Below, in pieces: positions 24,086-34,428 of a DNA stretch of 64,000 nucleotides. The notes beneath the pieces were generated by a model. That model did not search any database, was not told the origin of the DNA, and saw only the letters and a program-made list of their open reading frames with translations. The DNA comes from Pseudomonadota bacterium (lineage in GTDB: Bacteria; Pseudomonadota; Gammaproteobacteria; Burkholderiales; JAJZQI01), in NCBI GenBank assembly GCA_021851875.1, contig JAJZQI010000005.1, positions 69,813 through 133,812 of the forward strand, given 5' to 3'. Both the position numbers and the translations under genes were made by a program. Position 1 is the stretch's first letter; every line of letters begins with the position of its first letter.

Positions 24086-25276
24086 TCAGCCGAACAGCCG
24101 TAAAGCAGTCAAACTGCCAGACGGGATACCTTGTTCATCCATCCGGGCATAAATTTCGCGCAGCTGGGCGCGGATCTTGTCCAGCTCCACCGGTGTAAGC
24201 GGCCGGCGGTTATCGTCGACAATACGGGCATGCAACGCTTCGGCCATTTGCTGCGCCAGGGCGATCATCTGTTCAAAACGACGCAGTCCTTTGGGAACTC
24301 GCGGCACATCGAACAGCAATGTCAGCCCGTAGCAGCTCATGGCTTTCATGGAATCGGCCGTGAACGGGGCGGCCTCGTCCAGGTTTTGCAGGGAAAAGTG
24401 GTGAATACCCTCGTCGTCACGGTAGTGGTAACTCCCGTCTACGGCCAGCTGCATGCCGGCGGACTCAGCCAGGGCGCGGATTTTGGTACCGGGAAAAGGC
24501 TTTTCCGTGGCTGCGACAAGGTTGATGCCCAGCAGCACATCCACGTCCACGCAAAACGTGTCCAGCATCTTGGCCCGCTCCAGCACCTGCAGCCGGTCGT
24601 CGCAATCGAACACGGCACTGAGGCGCGCAGCAAGATCTTCCACCATGGCATAGAAGAGATTGAGCTGGGTATGGGTGATCTGTCCGCCACGATCGGCCAG
24701 CTGGATACCCAGCGCGATCTTTTCGTACATGCCATTGGTGGCGGAGGTAATGAGCTCCCAATTGTGTTCCGTTTTCAGCCAGCCATACCAGTAAACCGGT
24801 TTACCCATGTTTTTGGTTTCTTCGCGCGCAGACAGCAAGGCCTTGGCCGGAATGCCGTCTGCCGCAATCATGCTGGCGCGATAATAGACCTGCTCGGTCA
24901 GCTCGCCGGGATAGGATAACTGAGCCGCGGCGCGGGATGGCTCAGCCGCAAGCTGTGCCAGGCTTTCGTCCGGCAGTGCTTCCGGCTCGGCGAATACCGC
25001 CGCATCGCTCGCCTCATCCTGCGCATCGAAACGCACGACCGGCTCCACCCGTTCATGGGTAACCGGTTCAACCGCCGGATGCTCGACGCGCAGGCCGGCG
25101 ATGGGCTCTTCAAGCTGATCCGTTTTCGACTCAGCCATCAGAACATCCGGCGTATCGCGCCGGAAACCCTGTTCCGCCTGGCGTCGAAAATTCCTTTCCT
25201 GCCAGCGGTTAAAGCCGAAAATGGCAATCAGGACAAGGGCGCCGATAGCAATAAGGCCAAGTTGAAGTTCGCTCAT
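24086..25276 (-). CDS. zipA: Cell division protein ZipA (betaproteobacterial type)
   Basis: N-terminal TM, QLADRGG, LLFDVPRV, VDDNRRPL, ALRLFG; between smc and ligA. Confidence 0.88.
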   Translation of the reverse strand: MSELQLGLIAIGALVLIAIFGFNRWQERNFRRQAEQGFRRDTPDVLMAESKTDQLEEPIAGLRVEHPAVEPVTHERVEPVVRFDAQDEASDAAVFAEPEALPDESLAQLAAEPSRAAAQLSYPGELTEQVYYRASMIAADGIPAKALLSAREETKNMGKPVYWYGWLKTEHNWELITSATNGMYEKIALGIQLADRGGQITHTQLNLFYAMVEDLAARLSAVFDCDDRLQVLERAKMLDTFCVDVDVLLGINLVAATEKPFPGTKIRALAESAGMQLAVDGSYHYRDDEGIHHFSLQNLDEAAPFTADSMKAMSCYGLTLLFDVPRVPKGLRRFEQMIALAQQMAEALHARIVDDNRRPLTPVELDKIRAQLREIYARMDEQGIPSGSLTALRLFG

Positions 25277-25327
25277 GACGATTCTAAAGATAAATTGAAG
25301 TTCTTGTTAAGTGCCATTCTAGCACTA

Positions 25328-28300
25328 TCAGGCGGATGCTTCCGCAAGTCTGACCGCTTCGGCCACATCCACCGCAACAACACGCGAGCAGCCGGATTCC
25401 TGCATCGTCACCCCCACCAGATGCTCGGCCATGTACATGGCAATCTTGTTATGGGTGATGAAAAGAAACTGGGTATGTTCCGACATCTTGCTCACCAAAT
25501 TGGCGTAGCGCTCGGTATTGCTGTCGTCCAGCGGCGCATCCACCTCGTCCAGCAGGCAAAACGGGGCTGGATTGAGCTGGAACATGGCAAACACCAGCGA
25601 CAGGGCTGTCAATGCCTTCTCGCCGCCGGACAACAGGTGAATACTGCTGTTTTTCTTGCCTGGCGGCTGAGCCATGATCTGCACGCCGGAATCGAGAATC
25701 TCCTCGCCCGTCAAGATCAGTTTGGCCTCGCCGCCACCGAACAATTCGGGAAACAATCGCGACAGGTGGCCGTTGACGGTATTGAAGGTTTCCATCAAAC
25801 GCTCGCGCGTCTCGCGGTCAATGCGGCGGATGGCATCCTCAAGGGTCTGCATCGCCTCGGTCAGGTCGGCCGCCTGCGCCTGCAGATAATGATCCCGCTC
25901 TTCGGCGGCTTTCAATTCCTCCAGTGCCGCCAGGTTGACTGCGCCCAGTTCGGTGATGGCCATGTTCAGGCGGGCGATTTCGCTCTGCAGCGTTGCCGCC
26001 TTGAGGTTGGCAGGCGCCTCCAGTTCGGCCTCGTTAACGCCCGCAGCCTCCAGGTGTTCGGCGAACTGCTGTTCCAGCAGCCGCGCTTCCTGCGCCTTGA
26101 GCTGCATTTCGCTGATTTTGTCGCGCAAAGGCCCCAGCGACTGCTCCACCTGCAAGCGTTCGCGCTCAAGCTCCTGCAGCAGCAGGGTCGCGCTGTCCAG
26201 CGCTTCGCGTGCTTTTCGCAGCAGCCCTTCACGCTCTTCACGCCGGCCCAACGCATCCTGCAATGAATCATCCAGCGCTCCATCGTCCTGCCCAAGCGCC
26301 TCTTCTTCAAGCATTTCCAGGCGCTCGCGGGCGGACTGAAGAATCTCATCCAAATTCTTAATACGCGACTTCAGATCTATGATTTTACTTATTATTGATC
26401 TCTCATCGAATTCCGCCTGCTGAACCTGGCGATCCCGTTCGGTCACCTCGGCCTGGGCTTTGCGGAAAGCGACTTCCATTTCCTGCAAATCGGCTTCGGC
26501 CGCATCAAACTCTTCTTGCAGCAGTTCCAGCTGCAGCTGATATTCGCGCGCCTTTTCTTCCGACTCGAGCTGGCCTGAACGTTCTTCTTCCAGTTGCCCT
26601 GCCAGGTCGTTCAATTCCGAGTCAATTTGCCCGGCCCGCTGACCGATGCGGTCAGCCTGTTCCTTGTTGCGCACCCATTCGACATGCTGGCGGTGCGCCT
26701 CGCGTTGTATTTCCTGGCCTTGCTGGCGCACCTGCTGAATCGTTTCACGCAGCGTTTGCAACTGGCGCGCCGCCTGCTGCTGGGCCTGTTCCAAAGCAGG
26801 CAAATCCGCTCGGGCGACGTTGAGCGCATCGTTGAGTTGATCAATTTCACGCTGCCGCGCCAACATGCCGTCATTGGCCGATGGGGCGTACCAATTTACC
26901 GAATACCTTGATATGCAATGTCCCTGCGGCGTAACCAGCACATCCCCCTGCTGCAGTTCGGACAGCATTGCCAATGCAGCGTCCAGACTGTCGCAGCAAT
27001 ACACCCCGGTCAGCCAGTCTGCGCAAGCGGCAGGCATGGGTCCGTTGCTGCCCTTGAGTTTTTCACCCAAGGCGACAAATCCGTACTTGGCAGCAAACGT
27101 CTCTGCCCTGCCATCGTGCCGAACAAGTGCCAAGTCTGCCGCCTCGCTGCCCATCTGTTGCGCCAGATGGGCCAGATCATCCACCGCCAAAGCTTGCAGG
27201 CGGTTGCCAAGCAAGGCCTCCAATGCCACTTCCCAGCCTTCGGCCACCTGGATTTGCTGCCATAGACGGGGCAATTGCTCCAGTCCGAATTGCCGCAACA
27301 GGTTTTGCTTGTCCGCCGAGCTGGCGCTGCGCTGCTGCAGATTGTTCAATGCCGCCCAATTTGCTTCCAAACGGGTCATCTCTCCCACCCGTGCGGCTAC
27401 CGCAGCCTGGGCGGCGCGTGCAGACGCTTCCTGTTCCGCCAGTTTGCCCTCGAGCTGCGTCAGTTCATCGCGCAGCTGTTCCTGCTGCAATTCGAGTTCA
27501 GCCAAGGCTTCCTGCTGCAAAGCCAGCTCATCTTCATCGACGCTTTGCAGTCGCGCCGCCTCTTCCTTCAAACGCTCGATGCGCTGTTGCAACTGTATGA
27601 CGGTGCGGGCCGAATGTTTGCTGTGGCTTTCCTCCAGCTGCCAGCCTTGCTCGGTCTGCGACAACTTTTTCTGCAAAGCCTGCATCCGTTCGCGCTGACC
27701 ACGCCAGGTCGTCTCGACTTCCGGCAGGCTCAAGCGAGTGTTCTCAGCCAGTTCACGGCAAGCGGCAACGCGTTCCTGCACCTCTGTTTGCGCGCGTTCC
27801 AGTTCTGCCAGCAAGGTACGCGCCTGCTGCTGGTTGCGCGTTTCCTGCTCGCAATACTGTTTTTGTTCCTGAATCTGGCTGGCAAGCCTTTGACGGGTAG
27901 CCTGCAGGAACTGCATCTGCTGCTCCAGCCGCGCCACCGCCGCGTTGCTTTCGTAGACTGCCGCCTGGGCGGCATGCAGCCCCTGGTTCGCATCGTCGAA
28001 AGCGACTCGGGCATTGGATAGACGAGTCTCCACTTCGCGCAGCTGTGCCAGTCTTGCTTCATTGTCGGTGGTCAAATCACGCAGATTCTTTTCCAGCCGT
28101 TTGCGATCACGTTCGGCATCGCGTTTGCGGGCAAGCCAAAGGAGAGACTGGCTATGCGACAATTCCGCCTGCAGTTGCTTATATTGGGCGGCGACTTCGG
28201 CCTGAGCGCGCAAATGCTCGACTTGCTTGATCAGCTCCTGGCGGATGTCTGCCACCCGTTGCAGGTTTTCATGCGTATCTTCCAGGCGCCCCTGGGTTTC

Positions 28301-28834
28301 CTTGCGGCGGTCCTTGTAGCGGGAAATGCCCGCCGCCTCCTCCAGATAAAGCCGCAGATCCTCCGGTCGCGCCTCGATGATGCGCGAGATCATGCCCTGC
28401 TCGATGATGGCATAGGCGCGCGCGCCCACACCGGTACCGAGAAACAGATCGGTAATGTCCTTGCGTCGGACGGGAAGGTTGTTGATGTAGTAGGTGGAAT
28501 CGCCATTGCGCTGCAACACGCGACGAACCTGGATTTCGCTGTAGCTGGACCACTGCCCGTGTGCCCGGCCCATGCTGTTATCGAAATTCAGCTCGACGCT
28601 GGCGCGCGCAACCGGTTTGCGTGTGCTTGAGCCGCTGAAAATGACGTCCTGCATCGACTCGCCGCGCAGTTGTTTGGCGGAGGACTCCCCCAGCACCCAG
28701 CGCACGGCGTCAATCACATTGGATTTGCCGCAGCCATTGGGGCCGACAATGCCGACACGCTGGCCCGGCACCGGGATGGTTACGGGATCGACAAACGACT
28801 TGAAGCCAGCCAGTTTTACAGAAGTGAGGCGCAA
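25328..28834 (-). CDS. smc: Chromosome segregation protein SMC
   Basis: GFKSF, GPNGCGKSN, long coiled coils with hinge, LSGGEK, LDEVDAPLD. Confidence 0.98.
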   Translation of the reverse strand: MRLTSVKLAGFKSFVDPVTIPVPGQRVGIVGPNGCGKSNVIDAVRWVLGESSAKQLRGESMQDVIFSGSSTRKPVARASVELNFDNSMGRAHGQWSSYSEIQVRRVLQRNGDSTYYINNLPVRRKDITDLFLGTGVGARAYAIIEQGMISRIIEARPEDLRLYLEEAAGISRYKDRRKETQGRLEDTHENLQRVADIRQELIKQVEHLRAQAEVAAQYKQLQAELSHSQSLLWLARKRDAERDRKRLEKNLRDLTTDNEARLAQLREVETRLSNARVAFDDANQGLHAAQAAVYESNAAVARLEQQMQFLQATRQRLASQIQEQKQYCEQETRNQQQARTLLAELERAQTEVQERVAACRELAENTRLSLPEVETTWRGQRERMQALQKKLSQTEQGWQLEESHSKHSARTVIQLQQRIERLKEEAARLQSVDEDELALQQEALAELELQQEQLRDELTQLEGKLAEQEASARAAQAAVAARVGEMTRLEANWAALNNLQQRSASSADKQNLLRQFGLEQLPRLWQQIQVAEGWEVALEALLGNRLQALAVDDLAHLAQQMGSEAADLALVRHDGRAETFAAKYGFVALGEKLKGSNGPMPAACADWLTGVYCCDSLDAALAMLSELQQGDVLVTPQGHCISRYSVNWYAPSANDGMLARQREIDQLNDALNVARADLPALEQAQQQAARQLQTLRETIQQVRQQGQEIQREAHRQHVEWVRNKEQADRIGQRAGQIDSELNDLAGQLEEERSGQLESEEKAREYQLQLELLQEEFDAAEADLQEMEVAFRKAQAEVTERDRQVQQAEFDERSIISKIIDLKSRIKNLDEILQSARERLEMLEEEALGQDDGALDDSLQDALGRREEREGLLRKAREALDSATLLLQELERERLQVEQSLGPLRDKISEMQLKAQEARLLEQQFAEHLEAAGVNEAELEAPANLKAATLQSEIARLNMAITELGAVNLAALEELKAAEERDHYLQAQAADLTEAMQTLEDAIRRIDRETRERLMETFNTVNGHLSRLFPELFGGGEAKLILTGEEILDSGVQIMAQPPGKKNSSIHLLSGGEKALTALSLVFAMFQLNPAPFCLLDEVDAPLDDSNTERYANLVSKMSEHTQFLFITHNKIAMYMAEHLVGVTMQESGCSRVVAVDVAEAVRLAEASA

Positions 28835-28864
28835 ATTGAAGTCCGCGCGGTGATCCGCGTTTAA

Positions 28865-28903
28865 GAGCCTTTTATTAGGTATGAAACCTAATAAAATAGG
28901 CTC
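28865..28903. repeat. AT-rich inverted repeat in the smc/queF divergent promoter
   Basis: GAGCCT-TTTATTAGGT-ATGAA-ACCTAATAAA-AT-AGGCTC. Confidence 0.75.
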
Positions 28904-28949
28904 CAGTTAAGTTAAAATGGCATTTTATCGTGTTTCGTGAGACAACTGA

Positions 28950-29369
28950 ATGCCCACCGAACCCAGTAAAGCCCTGGAAACTTTCGAAAACCCCAACCCC
29001 GGCCGCGATTACCACATCCATATGGAAATCCCGGAGTTCACCTGCCTGTGCCCGAAGACCGGCCAGCCTGATTTTGCCACACTCTACCTGGATTACATTG
29101 CCGATCAGAGCTGCGTGGAACTGAAGAGCCTCAAGCTGTATATCTGGTCCTTCCGCAACGAAGGCGGCTTCCATGAAGCGGTGACCAACAAAATTCTTGA
29201 CGACCTGGTTGCCGTTACCCAACCGCGTTACATGCGCTTGACTGCAAAATTCTACGTGCGCGGGGGCATTTTCACCAATGTCGTGGCCGATTACCGCAAA
29301 CCGGGCTGGCAACCGCAAGCGCGTGTTGATCTGATGCAATTCGAGCATCAGTCCAACTTCCGCGGATAA
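28950..29369 (+). CDS. queF: preQ0 reductase QueF (short, single T-fold type)
   Basis: [31 protein letters not shown]. Confidence 0.95.
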   Translation: MPTEPSKALETFENPNPGRDYHIHMEIPEFTCLCPKTGQPDFATLYLDYIADQSCVELKSLKLYIWSFRNEGGFHEAVTNKILDDLVAVTQPRYMRLTAKFYVRGGIFTNVVADYRKPGWQPQARVDLMQFEHQSNFRG

Positions 29370-29375
29370 AATCGT

Positions 29376-30629
29376 TTGTATTATCTGGGGATCGATTTCG
29401 GCACTTCAGGCGCACGTGCCTGTGTCATCGATCCCGCCGGTCAGGTCGTATCCGAGCGGCAAGTGCGGCACCCTGCCGTTGCCGACGCCATGTTGCCGCA
29501 GAGCTGGCTTGCCACCCTGCAGCAACTTATTCTGGCCATCCCGGCAGAGGTTCGTGGCCAAATTGCCGCTTTGGCGATAGATGGCACATCCAGCACCGTC
29601 CTGCTGTGCGATAAGCGACTCGAGCCCGTGCTTGCCCCTCTGTGGTATCACGATACCCGCGCGCAGACCGAAGTGGCCGCAATTGTCGCCAGGGCCGGCA
29701 AACACTTCACGGCATCCGCCACCTCCAGCTTGGCGAAATTGCTGTGGCTACGCAAACAGCCGGGCAGCGAAGGCGCTCACATACTGCTGCACCAATCGGA
29801 CTGGTTGAGTGCCCGGTTATGCGGCATTGCCGTTTCCGATTATCACAATGCGCTGAAATTGGCTTATGACCCGGAACAGAGTGCCTACCCGGATTGGCTG
29901 TTGGCCTTACCCGAATCCGCCCTGCTTCCCCCGGTGACCGAACCGGGCAGCCTCGTTGCACCCGTGACAGACACAGCAAGCCGGCAACTGGGGCTGCCAT
30001 CCAGCTGTTTGGTACGGGCCGGCACGACAGACAGCCTGGCGGCAACCATGGCTGCCGGACCGCTGCAAGAAGGTGAAGGCGTCACCTCGCTGGGCTCCAC
30101 CCTCGCATTGAAACTGCTCAGCCCCAGTCGCATCGAAGACGGCCAATGCGGCGTTTACAGCCACAAATACGGCCATAACTGGCTGGTCGGAGGCGCGTCC
30201 AATACCGGCGGCGCCGTTCTGGCGCATTATTTCGACAGCGATGATTTACAAGCTCTGAGCGAACGAATCAATCCAGATATTTCCAGCCCACTCGATTACT
30301 ATCCGTTGTTACGCAAAGGCGAACGCTTTCCTACCAACGACCCTCAGCTTGAGCCGCGCATAACGCCCATTCCGGACTCGCCGGTCGAGTTTCTTCACGG
30401 GCTTCTGGAAGGCATTGCGCGCATCGAAGCAAGCGGATATCACTTGTTTGCCAAGCTGGGAGCACCTACATTGAAGCATGTGGTGTCAACCGGCGGCGGC
30501 AGCTACAATCGGGTTTACCGCCGGATTCGCCAACGCATTCTCGGCGTACCGGTTACACGGGCCATTCACACAGAGGCCGCCTATGGCACAGCCCTGTTGG
30601 CTGCAGATAAAATTTGGGGGCAGACATGA
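29376..30629 (+). CDS. FGGY-family carbohydrate kinase (D-ribulose kinase-like)
   Basis: LGIDFGTSGAR, DGTS, AGTTDS, SLGSTL, GGASNTGG, YYPL...GERFP. Confidence 0.88.
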   Translation: MYYLGIDFGTSGARACVIDPAGQVVSERQVRHPAVADAMLPQSWLATLQQLILAIPAEVRGQIAALAIDGTSSTVLLCDKRLEPVLAPLWYHDTRAQTEVAAIVARAGKHFTASATSSLAKLLWLRKQPGSEGAHILLHQSDWLSARLCGIAVSDYHNALKLAYDPEQSAYPDWLLALPESALLPPVTEPGSLVAPVTDTASRQLGLPSSCLVRAGTTDSLAATMAAGPLQEGEGVTSLGSTLALKLLSPSRIEDGQCGVYSHKYGHNWLVGGASNTGGAVLAHYFDSDDLQALSERINPDISSPLDYYPLLRKGERFPTNDPQLEPRITPIPDSPVEFLHGLLEGIARIEASGYHLFAKLGAPTLKHVVSTGGGSYNRVYRRIRQRILGVPVTRAIHTEAAYGTALLAADKIWGQT

Positions 30630-31180
30630 CAGCGGAACAACAAACCATTCGTGTCAATATCGAGGCCGGCATCCGCTGGAAACCGGCTGGCGAATGGCCT
30701 ATCAACGAGTTTCCGCGCTGGATGTGGCGCAATGCCGTTATTCTGCGGGCATTGAACACGCTGGAAAGCAGCGCCGAACGTGAGTCAGACATTGCCGACC
30801 CGCACCAGCGCCAGATCGAACGACTGGAGGCCAAAATCGACATGGCTGTCAGCATGCTTGCCCAGCTGCTCGATACCCAGGGCAGTTGGCCGCACATGCA
30901 ATCCTGCCAATTGTTCGCCAAGGGCCTGGTTACAAACACCGGGTTGAAGCTGGACGAAGGCGCTCACGGCATCATCGAGCTGTTTCTTGACCACCGCTTG
31001 CCTCAGCCTTTGGTTTTGCCGGCGGTGGTGACAAGCTGCCATTCTCACGAGGGAAACCATTTCCGCATTCATTTCGACTGGTTCGGTTTGGATGAACACG
31101 CCACGGAATGGCTTGAGCGAACGGTCTTCCGGCTGCACCGCCGCGAAATTCAAATGCAACGCCAGGGTAAGCCGGGCTAA
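30626..31180 (+). CDS. Atypical PilZ-domain protein
   Basis: RLEAKID coiled segment, PLVLPAVV, LERTVFRLHRREI C-terminus. Confidence 0.7.
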   Translation: MTAEQQTIRVNIEAGIRWKPAGEWPINEFPRWMWRNAVILRALNTLESSAERESDIADPHQRQIERLEAKIDMAVSMLAQLLDTQGSWPHMQSCQLFAKGLVTNTGLKLDEGAHGIIELFLDHRLPQPLVLPAVVTSCHSHEGNHFRIHFDWFGLDEHATEWLERTVFRLHRREIQMQRQGKPG

Positions 31181-31202
31181 TTTTCATCCCACCGGCGGCC
31201 AA

Positions 31203-33875
31203 TTATTTGCCGCGAGTTAAGTGTTTTTGCAATTCCATCAGCAAAAACACCATACCGCCCATCAGTGCGCCGCTTGCCAATAGCAGCAAAGGCGGCGGCG
31301 CCAAATCAAATGCCCGCGCCAGCAACGGACTGTACAGCAAGGCACCTTGCGCCAGCAGCAATACGGCGATTGAAGGCCAGATCGCAGGATTGCCGACCAG
31401 CACTTTGCGCGTCATGCCACTGCCGCTCAAACGCATGTTGAACATGAGGGCAATTTGACCGAACACCAGCGTCGTGACAGTTGCGCCGCGAATTCCGGCC
31501 AAATCGACTTCCATTGCGGTGCCGATCTCGAATATGACAAATGTCATGAGCGTCAGCAGCAGCGCAGCAAATCCAATGCGCGTCAATGCCTGGCGAGTGA
31601 GCATGGGATCATTGCGTCCCCGCGGCATCCTTCGCATCAAATCCGTCTCGGGCGGTTCAAATGCAAACGCCAACCCCAGGCAAACAGCGATGACCAGATT
31701 CACCCACAGAATCTGCAAAGGGGTAACGGGCATGATATGCCCGATAAACAGACCGAAAATCACCACCAAACTCTGGCCGGCATTGGTCTGCAGGGAAAAA
31801 TGCACGGCTTTGGATAAATTGGCATAAATGGTTCTGCCCACCTCGACGGCTTGCTCAATCGTGGCAAAATTGTCGTCCGCCAAGATCATTTTTGACGCCT
31901 CACGCGCCGCTGCCGTGCCTTGCAGCGCCATTGCGATGCCAATATCGGCGGCGGCGAGTGCCGGCGCATCGTTCACTCCGTCCCCCGTCATGGCCACGGT
32001 CAGTCCCGCCTGCTGCAATACGCTGACCAGCCGCAGCTTGTGCTCTGGACTCATACGGGCGAACACATCGGTATCCTGCACGCGCCGTTGCAATACCTTA
32101 TCGTCTATCGCATCGATCTCGGGTCCCGTGATGACCTCGCCATTGGCGGCAAGACCCAACTCTCGAGCGATGGCGAGAGCCGTTTGCGGATGATCGCCCG
32201 TCATCATTTTGACCCGAATGCCGGCCTCGATGCAGCGGGCAACGGCTTGCTGCGCTTCCGGTCTCAAGGGGTCTTTTAGCCCGACCAGTCCAAGCAAAGT
32301 CAGACCGTTTTGCACATCTGCCAGGCTGAGTGCATCGATTTGCCGCTCCAGCGGTTTGAATGCCAAGGCGAGCACTCGCATGCCGGCGCTGGAGAATTCA
32401 TTCAGCCGCGCTTCCCAATAGTGCCGGTCAAGTGTTGCGCCTGCTCCATTTTGCAGCTGCCACATGCAGTTCGACAGCACATGCTCCGGTGCTCCCTTGA
32501 TGTAAATGAACTCATGACCGTTGTGGTCGTGATGCAACGTCGCCATGAGTGGATAACTTGAGTCAAAAGGAATCAGATCCTTGCGCGGGTACTGACCATC
32601 CAGCACTGTGTGATCAACGCCCGCCCGCCCGGCAAATGCCAGCAGCGCCGCCTCGGTCGGATCGCCTTCAAGGTGCCAGTTCTGGCCATCGAACAGCAGA
32701 TTGGCGTCATTGCATAAGGTGGCGGCGCGAGCAATTTCTTCCAGTTCATCGAACAGCGTCAATGGGTTCAAGCCGTGTTGTTGGTAAATTCTGCCTGCCG
32801 GGGCATACCCCGCCCCTTCAATGCGGAATAAACCGTCCGCTATGGCGGCGCAAACCACTGTCATACGATTCTGGGTCAGCGTGCCGGTTTTGTCCGTGCA
32901 TATCACGTTAACGGCCCCCAGCGTTTCCACCGCCGGCAACTCGCGGATGATGGCGCGGTGACGAGCCATCCGGTGCACACCCAGAGCCAGCGTAATGGTC
33001 AGTACCGCCGGCAGCCCTTCCGGTATGGCCGCCACCGCCATGGCAACCGCCGCCTGGAATGTATCGGTCATGGGCAGCTGCAGAATGCTCCAGGCCGCCA
33101 ACATCAACAAAGCGGACAGGATGAGGATGAACCAGGACAAGGTACTGGCCAAGCGGTCCATCTGCGCCAGCAGCGGAGTGGTTGGCGGTTTTGTCGCCGC
33201 CACCAGAGTGGAAATGCCGCCCAGTTCTGTCGCTGCGCCAGTCTCGACGACCAGCCCCTCCCCCTGACCGGCAACCAACAGCGTGCCGGCAAAAAGCATG
33301 TTGTGGCGTTCCGCCAGCGATGTTGCGGGTGCCAGCACCGCGTCATACTTGTCGACTGGCACTGATTCGCCCGTCAGGGCGGACTCGTCGGCTCGCAAGC
33401 CGCGCCCGGCCAGAAGACGCAGATCCGCCGGCAAACGGTCGCCGGCCTGCAGCACCACCCTGTCACCGGGCACCAGCTCCTCAACCGCTATCAGTTTGTG
33501 GCTGCCATCGCGTATGACGGTGCATTGCTGTGCCACCAGGGATTTGATTGAAGCCAGGGCCGCTTCGGCCCGGTCCTCGTAAATGAAGCCCAGCACCACA
33601 TTGGCCAGCAGAACCGCCAGAATCACCAGGGCATCGCCCCATTTGCCGAGCAGCAGGCTCACCAGGGCGGCGGCCAACAGCACATACAGCAAGGGGCTGG
33701 CGAATTGGCGCAGAAAACGCCTGACCATGCCTGGCCGCCGCGCTTCTGGCAAACGGTTGGGCCCTACCCGGAGCAGGCGTTCAGCCGCCTCCGCGGCACT
33801 GAGCCCAGCGGCTTCCGACTGCAATATTTGCTTGCCGGCGGCCGTATCCAGCGCATGCCACTGTTGCGCCTTCAT
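31203..33875 (-). CDS. Cation-transporting P-type ATPase (P2A/PacL-like)
   Basis: LTGES, IPEGLP, DKTGTLT, KGAPE, TGD, GDGVNDAPAL. Confidence 0.96.
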   Translation of the reverse strand: MKAQQWHALDTAAGKQILQSEAAGLSAAEAAERLLRVGPNRLPEARRPGMVRRFLRQFASPLLYVLLAAALVSLLLGKWGDALVILAVLLANVVLGFIYEDRAEAALASIKSLVAQQCTVIRDGSHKLIAVEELVPGDRVVLQAGDRLPADLRLLAGRGLRADESALTGESVPVDKYDAVLAPATSLAERHNMLFAGTLLVAGQGEGLVVETGAATELGGISTLVAATKPPTTPLLAQMDRLASTLSWFILILSALLMLAAWSILQLPMTDTFQAAVAMAVAAIPEGLPAVLTITLALGVHRMARHRAIIRELPAVETLGAVNVICTDKTGTLTQNRMTVVCAAIADGLFRIEGAGYAPAGRIYQQHGLNPLTLFDELEEIARAATLCNDANLLFDGQNWHLEGDPTEAALLAFAGRAGVDHTVLDGQYPRKDLIPFDSSYPLMATLHHDHNGHEFIYIKGAPEHVLSNCMWQLQNGAGATLDRHYWEARLNEFSSAGMRVLALAFKPLERQIDALSLADVQNGLTLLGLVGLKDPLRPEAQQAVARCIEAGIRVKMMTGDHPQTALAIARELGLAANGEVITGPEIDAIDDKVLQRRVQDTDVFARMSPEHKLRLVSVLQQAGLTVAMTGDGVNDAPALAAADIGIAMALQGTAAAREASKMILADDNFATIEQAVEVGRTIYANLSKAVHFSLQTNAGQSLVVIFGLFIGHIMPVTPLQILWVNLVIAVCLGLAFAFEPPETDLMRRMPRGRNDPMLTRQALTRIGFAALLLTLMTFVIFEIGTAMEVDLAGIRGATVTTLVFGQIALMFNMRLSGSGMTRKVLVGNPAIWPSIAVLLLAQGALLYSPLLARAFDLAPPPLLLLASGALMGGMVFLLMELQKHLTRGK

Positions 33876-34048
33876 GTGGCGTTGCCACCTGGCAGCCAGC
33901 TGTCTGCCGGCTTGGCGAAAATGACCTCGATTTCCTCCACGATGGCTTCCTGCTGCAGGCGATTGATTTGCGCTTTGAGGCTGTCGGATGACTCGTCAAG
34001 CTGCCCAATCGCCCCCTCCATCTGCCTCAGAATTCGATGAAAATTCAA
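33872..34048 (-). pseudogene. Remnant or mini-ORF resembling the C-terminal helix of an F1 ATP synthase gamma subunit
   Basis: NFHRILRQMEGAIGQLDESSDSLKAQINRLQQEAIVEEIEVIF; TTG start after GGGGA; stop overlaps the ATPase ATG (ATGA). Confidence 0.65.
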
Positions 34049-34050
34049 TT

Positions 34051-34428
34051 TCAATCCCCTGTCTGAACAAACTCCAAAGCATTGTCGTCCGGGTCGCGGC
34101 AAAACAACGCCGGCCGCCCGGAACGGCTCAGGGTATAGCTCACACCGGCCTGGTCCAGCTTGCGGCACAACGCATCGAGACTGTCCACGCCAAGCGCAAT
34201 ATGGCGGTCACGCCCGCCGTGTGCCGGCCGATGCAGTCCTGCTTCCGGATTGGGCAGGCACAGAATGTGAAGCTGTTGATTTCCGCCCAACTCATACCAC
34301 ACACCGGCAAAACTCATTGCGGGACGATGTGGACTGAGGGGCAAATCCAACACCCCCTCATAGAACGCTTTTGTTCTATCAATATTTGTTGATATTACAG
34401 ACACATGCAAAATATTTTTAATGTTCAT
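34051..34428 (-). CDS. VOC/glyoxalase family protein
   Basis: LHVSV, FYEGVL, QLHI, RHIAL, FCRDPDDNALE. Confidence 0.9.
   Translation of the reverse strand: MNIKNILHVSVISTNIDRTKAFYEGVLDLPLSPHRPAMSFAGVWYELGGNQQLHILCLPNPEAGLHRPAHGGRDRHIALGVDSLDALCRKLDQAGVSYTLSRSGRPALFCRDPDDNALEFVQTGD

Noticed and set aside
28861-28949. preQ1 riboswitch upstream of queF
   Set aside because: The hairpin lacks the preQ1-I loop consensus and pseudoknot tail as far as I can see; an Rfam scan would settle it
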